A DNA stretch of 64,000 nt. It comes from an uncultured Chloroflexia bacterium (GTDB lineage Bacteria; Chloroflexota; Limnocylindria; QHBO01). A model generated the notes under the pieces. The model was not told the DNA's origin and did not search any database. It was given only the letters and a program-made list of their open reading frames with translations. The position numbers were made by a program, and so were the translations under genes. Every line of letters starts with the position of its first letter. Position 1 is the stretch's first letter. The stretch covers positions 1,504,001-1,568,000 of the forward strand of contig CAWGTN010000002.1 of assembly GCA_963825525.1 (NCBI GenBank), written 5' to 3'. Shown one piece after another: positions 58,522 to 64,000 of the stretch.

Positions 58522-59354
58522 GCTCGGTCACGACCCCCGGCCGGCGCGGCCGCCCGGCGCTCACCGACGATGTGCAGGGCCTTCTCTTCGTCGAGCGGGC
58601 CGTACACGAGGGTATCGATCCGCATGGCCGGGCTCAGCGCCCCGGCGCCGACGTCGGGTCGTGTCTCGAGCGAGAACCGGCCGTCTGCCGTCGTCTCGCC
58701 GGGCCGGATGCCGAGCTCCCGTTCGATCGCCGAGAGCAGGCGATCGCCGCCGGCGAACCGACAGGAGGCGCAGTCGCACACCGTCACCAGGTGGCCACTG
58801 GCCGGCAGCAGGCGGAATCCACCGAGTCCGGCGGCACCGAAGACCTGGGCCCAATGGATCGTCATTCGGTCGCTGATCCGGCGCAGTGCCCGCTCCGGGA
58901 GATAGCCATATCGCTCCTCGATGGCGCGGAAGATGGCAACCAGCGCCTCGGGGCGTCCGCCGAACCCGTCAATGACCTGGTCCACGAACGGCGTGTCGAT
59001 CGCCTCGTCCCAGCGCGCCGCGTTTCGCATCGGTTTGGCCTCCAGACCGGCACGTCGATAGGCGTTGGGATCCTTGCGCTCGTCATAGATCTCCGGCATG
59101 CCGTAGCGGATCCGGTTGCCGGTCGAGTCGAACCCGCTCATGTCGATGGCCTCGACCGGACAGACCTGGGCGCACTGGAAGCACACCTCGCACTTGTGCT
59201 CCCCGAACGGGTCGTAGATCAGGTCGAGACGGCCGCGCCAGCGATCGGGGATCTCGGGGCGCTGCTCCGGATACTGCCGCGTCACCTTCGGCGCGAAGAA
59301 GTTCCGCAGGGTCGTCGCCATGCCCTTCGCGATGCCGGAGCCGGGAAATGCCAT
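58518..59354 (-). CDS. fusion: N-terminal half of NuoI + degenerate NuoE domain
   Basis: GIAKGMATTLRNFF..VTRQYPE..RWRG..CEVCFQCAQVCP (single motif); then IEERYGYLP, TVCDCASC, GETTADGRFSLE, DVGAGALSP. Confidence 0.88.
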   Translation of the reverse strand: MAFPGSGIAKGMATTLRNFFAPKVTRQYPEQRPEIPDRWRGRLDLIYDPFGEHKCEVCFQCAQVCPVEAIDMSGFDSTGNRIRYGMPEIYDERKDPNAYRRAGLEAKPMRNAARWDEAIDTPFVDQVIDGFGGRPEALVAIFRAIEERYGYLPERALRRISDRMTIHWAQVFGAAGLGGFRLLPASGHLVTVCDCASCRFAGGDRLLSAIERELGIRPGETTADGRFSLETRPDVGAGALSPAMRIDTLVYGPLDEEKALHIVGERRAAAPAGGRDRA

Positions 59355-59366
59355 GGGTTCGCCCTC

Positions 59367-60377
59367 CTACAGGTCGAAGACGACCACGGCGATGGCCGTG
59401 ATGAACAGGTTGACGAGGGCGAGAGGCAACAGGACCTTCCACGCCATGCCCATGAGCTGATCCACGCGCATGCGGGGCAGGGTGGCGCGCAGCCAGACCG
59501 CGATGGACACGAAGATGTAGGTCTTGAGGAAGAACCAGAAGATGCCATAGAGGGTGCCGCCGAATCCATCGAGCTGTGCCGGGAACGGCCAGGGCGCCAG
59601 CCAGCCGCCGAAGAAGAGGCTGACCAGGATGCCGCTCATGATGAACAGCGCGACGTACTCGGCGAAGAAGAAGAACCCGAAGCGCATCCCCGAGTACTCG
59701 GTGAAGGGGCCGGCCACCAGCTCCGAGTCTGCCTCGACCATATCGAACGGGGTCCGGTTCACCTCCGCCAATGAGCTGATGTAGAAGATGCCGAGGCCGA
59801 CCGGTTGCCACACCAGGAGCCAGCCATGGTCCCGCTGCCAGGCGATGAGCTCGCTGAAGTTCAGCGTGCCGGCCAGGACCACCGCCCCCACGATCGAGAG
59901 GGTGAGCGGAATCTCGTAGCTCACCATCTGGGCCGCCGCGCGCAGCCCGCCGAGGAGCGAGTACTTGTTGTAGCTCGCCCAGCCGGCCACGAGGAGCCCC
60001 ACAACCGAGAGGCCGAGCACCGCGAAGAAGTAGACGATGCCGATGTTGAAGTCGGCGGCGACGGCACCCGGCGCGAACGGGATCACGAGCATGCTCATCG
60101 CCGCGGCCATGTAGACCATCCACGGCGCGAGGGTGAACGTCCCGCGGTCCGCCTGGTCGGGCACCGTGTCCTCCTTGGCGAGGACCTTGAACCCGTGGAT
60201 CGTGCTCTGGAAGATGCCGCGCGGACCGATGCGGTTCGGTCCGAAGCGCAGGTTCATCTGGGCGATGATCTTCATCTCCATCTGGATGATGACGAACGCC
60301 GTCGGAACGGTGAGCAGCAGCAGCAGCGTCGTCGCCAGGATGAATCGGCCGAGGCCGAGAAGCAGCTCGAAGTCCAT
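59367..60377 (-). CDS. nuoH: NADH-quinone oxidoreductase subunit H
   Basis: GPNRIGP, KYSLLGGLRAAAQMVSYE, AEVNRTPFD, EYSG. Confidence 0.96.
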   Translation of the reverse strand: MDFELLLGLGRFILATTLLLLLTVPTAFVIIQMEMKIIAQMNLRFGPNRIGPRGIFQSTIHGFKVLAKEDTVPDQADRGTFTLAPWMVYMAAAMSMLVIPFAPGAVAADFNIGIVYFFAVLGLSVVGLLVAGWASYNKYSLLGGLRAAAQMVSYEIPLTLSIVGAVVLAGTLNFSELIAWQRDHGWLLVWQPVGLGIFYISSLAEVNRTPFDMVEADSELVAGPFTEYSGMRFGFFFFAEYVALFIMSGILVSLFFGGWLAPWPFPAQLDGFGGTLYGIFWFFLKTYIFVSIAVWLRATLPRMRVDQLMGMAWKVLLPLALVNLFITAIAVVVFDL

Positions 60378-60380
60378 CGG

Positions 60381-61664
60381 CTACTTGTCCACGCCGCCCA
60401 TGACCGGGTCGAGGCTGGCCATCACCGCCATGGTGTCGGCGACCAGCCGGCCCGGCATGAGCTTCGGCAGTGCCTGGAGGCTGATGAAGCTGGGATCGCG
60501 CATCCGGAAGCGGTACGGGTTCGGGCCTCCGTCGCTGATGGCATAGACGCTGTACAGGCCGCGTGGCGACTCGACCGCGCCGTACGCGCGGCCCGGCCGT
60601 GGACGGATGATGCCGGGGACCTGGGCCTGCACCGCCCCGTGGGGCATCTTGTCGATGATCTGGTCGATGAGGTGGATGCTCTGCTTGATCTCGGCGATGC
60701 GCTGCAGGTAGCGGGAGTAGGAATCTCCGCCCTCCTGGGTGATGACGTCGAACTCGAGCTCGTTGTAGATCGAGTAGGGCTTCGCCTTGCGGACATCGAA
60801 GGGGACGCCGGATGCTCGCAGGTTCGGACCGGTGACGCCGAGACTGATGGCCTCCTGGCCGGTGAGCGTGCCCATGTTGATCGTCCGTGCTCGGAAGATC
60901 TCGTTCTCGGTGATCATGTGCTCGTTCATCTCGATGTTCTTCATGACGTTGCCGCGCCACGTGCCGAGACGGCTGAGGAACTCGTCGTTGGTGTCGAAGT
61001 TCACGCCACCCACGCGGAAGAAGTTGAAGAGCATGCGCTGGCCGCTGATGGCCGACAGCATGTCGACGATCTCGTCGCGATTGATGAACGCGTAAAGGAT
61101 CGGGGTGATGCCGCCCATGTCGAGCGCCAGGAAGCCCATCATCAGCCCGTGGCTGAAGATGCGATTCAGCTCCACGACCAGTGCGCGGATGTACTCGGCG
61201 CGCGGCGGTGCCTTGATGCCGTACAGCTTCTCGAACGCGATGGCCGGTGCATGCTCGTTGTGCATGGTCGACAGGTAGTCCATGGGGTCCACGTAGGTGA
61301 GAACGGTGGTGTACGTCGCGTTCTCGCACAGCTTCTCGATGCCGCGATGGAGGTAGCCAAGGACGGGGTCGATGTCGACGATGATCTCGCCGCGAACCTT
61401 GACCACCAGCCGCATCACGCCGTGGGTCGACGGGTGCTGCGGCCCCATGTTCACGAGCATCTCCCCCTCGTCCAGGGTGTAGACCTCGCGCTCCCGTTCC
61501 GTCTGGGGTGGTCGATCCGGGATCCCGACCTGGTCGAAGCCCGCGTACTCGCCCGCACTCGTTCGGACCGGCGTCAGGCCGGCGACCGCGCGGAGGCGTT
61601 CCTCTTCGAGCCGATCCAGCTCGATCGGGTCGGGGATTCGCGTCTCCGGATCCACGCTCGTCAT
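60381..61664 (-). CDS. nuoD: NADH-quinone oxidoreductase subunit D
   Basis: NMGPQHPSTHGVMR, GYLHRGIEK, ELNRI, ESPRG. Confidence 0.96.
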   Translation of the reverse strand: MTSVDPETRIPDPIELDRLEEERLRAVAGLTPVRTSAGEYAGFDQVGIPDRPPQTEREREVYTLDEGEMLVNMGPQHPSTHGVMRLVVKVRGEIIVDIDPVLGYLHRGIEKLCENATYTTVLTYVDPMDYLSTMHNEHAPAIAFEKLYGIKAPPRAEYIRALVVELNRIFSHGLMMGFLALDMGGITPILYAFINRDEIVDMLSAISGQRMLFNFFRVGGVNFDTNDEFLSRLGTWRGNVMKNIEMNEHMITENEIFRARTINMGTLTGQEAISLGVTGPNLRASGVPFDVRKAKPYSIYNELEFDVITQEGGDSYSRYLQRIAEIKQSIHLIDQIIDKMPHGAVQAQVPGIIRPRPGRAYGAVESPRGLYSVYAISDGGPNPYRFRMRDPSFISLQALPKLMPGRLVADTMAVMASLDPVMGGVDK

Positions 61665-62254
61665 CGCGCGCCGCTCCCGTTGGAATCCGTTGGCGCTTCC
61701 GTCGCGCCCGGCGTGTCGCGGTAGCGGGAGAGGTCCCAGGTCGCGGGCCGCTCGAGCGGGTTCACGCCAGCGGCGGGAGAGTCGGCCGCGTCATCCGGCA
61801 GAAGAAAGTCACGACGCTGCGGAAAGGAGCGGTAGTCGGGGCTCATGTAGATGCGCCGAAGGTCGCGATTGCCGTCGAAGATGATGCCCATCATGTCGTA
61901 CATCTCGCGCTCGTGGAACATCGCCCCCTCCCACAGGTCGGTGATGGTGGGGATGCGCGGATCATCGCGGTCCACGTCGGCACGGATGCGGAGCCAGCCG
62001 GGATGCTTCCAGCTGAACAGGTGGTACACCACCTCGAAGCGCTCCCCGAGTCCGTAGTCGACCGCCGCGGCGTCGGCAAGCATGAAGAAGTCGAGATCGT
62101 CATCGTCGCGCAGGGTCTTGAGGACGTCATGGGCACGGGGCGCACTGACCCGGTACTCGACGGTGTCCTCGTCGGTCCACAGGTCGCGAAGGTCGTCACC
62201 GAGACGCTCGGCCAGCGCCCGGACGAGCGCGCCGGCCGCGGCGGACGTGGTCAG
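61661..62254 (-). CDS. nuoC: NADH-quinone oxidoreductase subunit C (probable CTG start)
   Basis: [29 protein letters not shown]; CTG overlaps the nuoB TGA, with AAGGAG upstream. Confidence 0.92.
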   Translation of the reverse strand: MTTSAAAGALVRALAERLGDDLRDLWTDEDTVEYRVSAPRAHDVLKTLRDDDDLDFFMLADAAAVDYGLGERFEVVYHLFSWKHPGWLRIRADVDRDDPRIPTITDLWEGAMFHEREMYDMMGIIFDGNRDLRRIYMSPDYRSFPQRRDFLLPDDAADSPAAGVNPLERPATWDLSRYRDTPGATEAPTDSNGSGAR

Positions 62255-62910
62255 CGGACGTCTCCTTCCCAGTTGGTTCGCTGCGGGCCTCGATCCACGT
62301 ACGTGCTCCACTGGCCTCGGCGCTGCTTGACCAGCTCGTGCAGCTTCATCATTCCGTAGATCAGGCCCTCGGGGCGCGGTGGGCAGCCCGGCACGTACAC
62401 GTCGACCGGCATGACCCGATCCACGCCCTGGACCACGCTGTACGAACGCTTGAAACGGCCACCGGATGTCGTGCAGGTGCCCATGGCCACGCACCACTTG
62501 GGCTCGGGCATCTGCTCCCACAGCCGGACGAGCGGCCCGGCCATCTTCGTGGTCAGCGTGCCGGCCACGATCAACACGTCCGCCTGCCGTGGGCTGGCGC
62601 GGAACGGGAACATCCCGAATCGGTCGATGTCGTTCACGCTCGTGGCCGTGCTCATCATCTCGATGGCGCAGCAGCTGAGCCCCGACAGCAACGGCCAGAG
62701 CGAGTTGGCTCGAATGAGGTCGAGGATGTAGTCGGCCTTGGTCGGGATGACCTCGAGCAGGCCGTGGAATCCGCCCTGCGGATGCTCCTCCATCCCGAAC
62801 TCGCGCAGCAGGTCGCTGTCCGCGGCCTGGTCGGGAATGACGATCGGTCCGTTGCCGGGGGTCGACATCAGTTCGGTCGAGCTCCCGGTTGTTGGTCGGT
62901 CTACTGCCAT
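62251..62910 (-). CDS. nuoB: NADH-quinone oxidoreductase subunit B
   Basis: [32 protein letters not shown]. Confidence 0.96.
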   Translation of the reverse strand: MAVDRPTTGSSTELMSTPGNGPIVIPDQAADSDLLREFGMEEHPQGGFHGLLEVIPTKADYILDLIRANSLWPLLSGLSCCAIEMMSTATSVNDIDRFGMFPFRASPRQADVLIVAGTLTTKMAGPLVRLWEQMPEPKWCVAMGTCTTSGGRFKRSYSVVQGVDRVMPVDVYVPGCPPRPEGLIYGMMKLHELVKQRRGQWSTYVDRGPQRTNWEGDVR

Positions 62911-63260
62911 CGCAGGTCCCCCTTCTTCCACGCGTACAGCTCACCGAACATGAGGATGGCCAGGAAGATGCCGATCAGGACGATCCCCTGGAACTCGAGC
63001 GACCGCACGGTGATCGCCCACAGGTATACGAAGATGATCTCCACGTCGAAGGCCACGAACAGCAGGGCGTATAGGTAAAAGGCAAGTCCGAATCGGCTCC
63101 AGGTGTCGCCGATCGTGTCCACCCCGGACTCGTACGGCAGGCCCTTCTGGGGACGCCGGCGCCGATGGGTGATCAGCCAGCTGAACAGGATCGTGCCGAA
63201 GACGAAGGTCGTCGCGGCAAACGCGAATCCGATGACGTAGAGCAGTCCGGTGTGATCCAT
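62901..63260 (-). CDS. nuoA: NADH-quinone oxidoreductase subunit A
   Basis: [29 protein letters not shown]. Confidence 0.95.
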   Translation of the reverse strand: MDHTGLLYVIGFAFAATTFVFGTILFSWLITHRRRRPQKGLPYESGVDTIGDTWSRFGLAFYLYALLFVAFDVEIIFVYLWAITVRSLEFQGIVLIGIFLAILMFGELYAWKKGDLRWQ

Positions 63261-63369
63261 CTCCACTCCGGTTGCACGCGGTGCAGTTGCGTGTCGGGCA
63301 GCGGCCCGACGCTGAGGTTCGTCGTTGGTGGAGCGGTGCGGCGCTGCGTGCACGGCCCGCTCGTTTCAC

Positions 63370-63378
63370 AGTCTAGCA
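63370..63378 (-). promoter_or_regulatory. extended -10 element upstream of nuoA
   Basis: TGCTAGACT on the minus strand; related TAGACT/TAGAAT hexamers precede several genes in the window. Confidence 0.5.
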
Positions 63379-63458
63379 GGGGCGTTCCGCCTCGTGGCCG
63401 CACCGTTCTCGACCATTCCCGCGGTGCGCACCGATATTTCGCCGATAGTTCTGCCGGA

Positions 63459-64000
63459 TCATCGGCCCTGCCACGCGGCCGCCACGATGAGCCGCAGCCC
63501 GTCGCTGACGAGGGCGTGGCCCCCCAGCAGGAACGGGACCGAGGCATCGGCTGCCGACTCGGTCAGCTCGCGCAGCCACGGGGTCTCGACCCGCGTCACA
63601 TCTCCGAAATCGGACGCCAGGCGCTCCTCCTCCGGCGGCCACGCCGCCGCCTCCGACGACCGTCCGAGCGCCGCCATCAGCACCCGCGTATCGAGGACGA
63701 CCGCATCCCCGAGCCGCGACAGCTCGGCGATCAGCTCGCGCGGTGACGTGCGATCCATGAACGCGGCGAGCAGTGATCGTGGGGCCGAGCCGGTGTCTCG
63801 CGCCGACCGCATCCCGCGCTCCTCGATGAAGCCTCTGACGCGGCACGCCGTCTCGGTCTCGAGCTCCTTCCAGGTCGTCGCCGGGATGCGTCCGGCGACC
63901 ACCAGCTCGCCGCCGCGGTCGCGGATCACCTCGCCGATCGTCTCGAGCCGCGGGACCTCGAGGGCGCCTCCGCCGGGCAGGCGGGCCATCTCCAGGAACC
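63459..64000 (-). CDS. hypothetical protein, 5'-truncated by the window edge
   Basis: Open frame with host-like codon usage (CRVRGFIEERGMRS, LDTRVL, LLGGHALVS). Confidence 0.7.
   Translation of the reverse strand, partial: FLEMARLPGGGALEVPRLETIGEVIRDRGGELVVAGRIPATTWKELETETACRVRGFIEERGMRSARDTGSAPRSLLAAFMDRTSPRELIAELSRLGDAVVLDTRVLMAALGRSSEAAAWPPEEERLASDFGDVTRVETPWLRELTESAADASVPFLLGGHALVSDGLRLIVAAAWQGR

Overview
High-GC bacterial chromosome segment spanning the replication origin. Gene content and order suggest a monoderm Chloroflexota (Limnocylindria-like); this is an inference only. From left to right: ftsE'-ftsX-ctpA-smpB-ssrA; an ~8 kb integrase-less accessory islet after tmRNA (secreted PKD-like protein, large FtsX-type permease plus ATPase, three lipoproteins, ECF sigma and zinc anti-sigma); jag-yidC-yidD-rnpA-rpmH / dnaA-oriC-dnaN-recF-dciA; a protein-glycosylation cluster (GT2, DUF2723, and a ~1500-aa double GT-C fusion with a beta-propeller-like insert); an ABC exporter/GNAT operon behind an apparent attenuator; a mycobacterial-style phosphatidylinositol mannoside operon (arsR-pgsA-ino1-patA-patA-PHP-pimA); a Cys-to-Ser sortase homologue; otsB/otsA; and a complex I operon. 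The most striking signal is in complex I: nuoI is split between its two CxxCxxCxxxCP motifs by an inserted nuoE-nuoF-nuoG/gltD module. The N-half is fused to a degenerate NuoE, the C-half is fused to a NuoG-GltD flavoprotein, and NuoF has lost canonical NADH/FMN and N3 motif residues. This points to a possible NADPH-fed complex I whose NuoI is assembled from two chains. At least six genes carry apparent +1 single-base insertions, most likely sequencing errors. All product calls come from motif recognition, without database searches.
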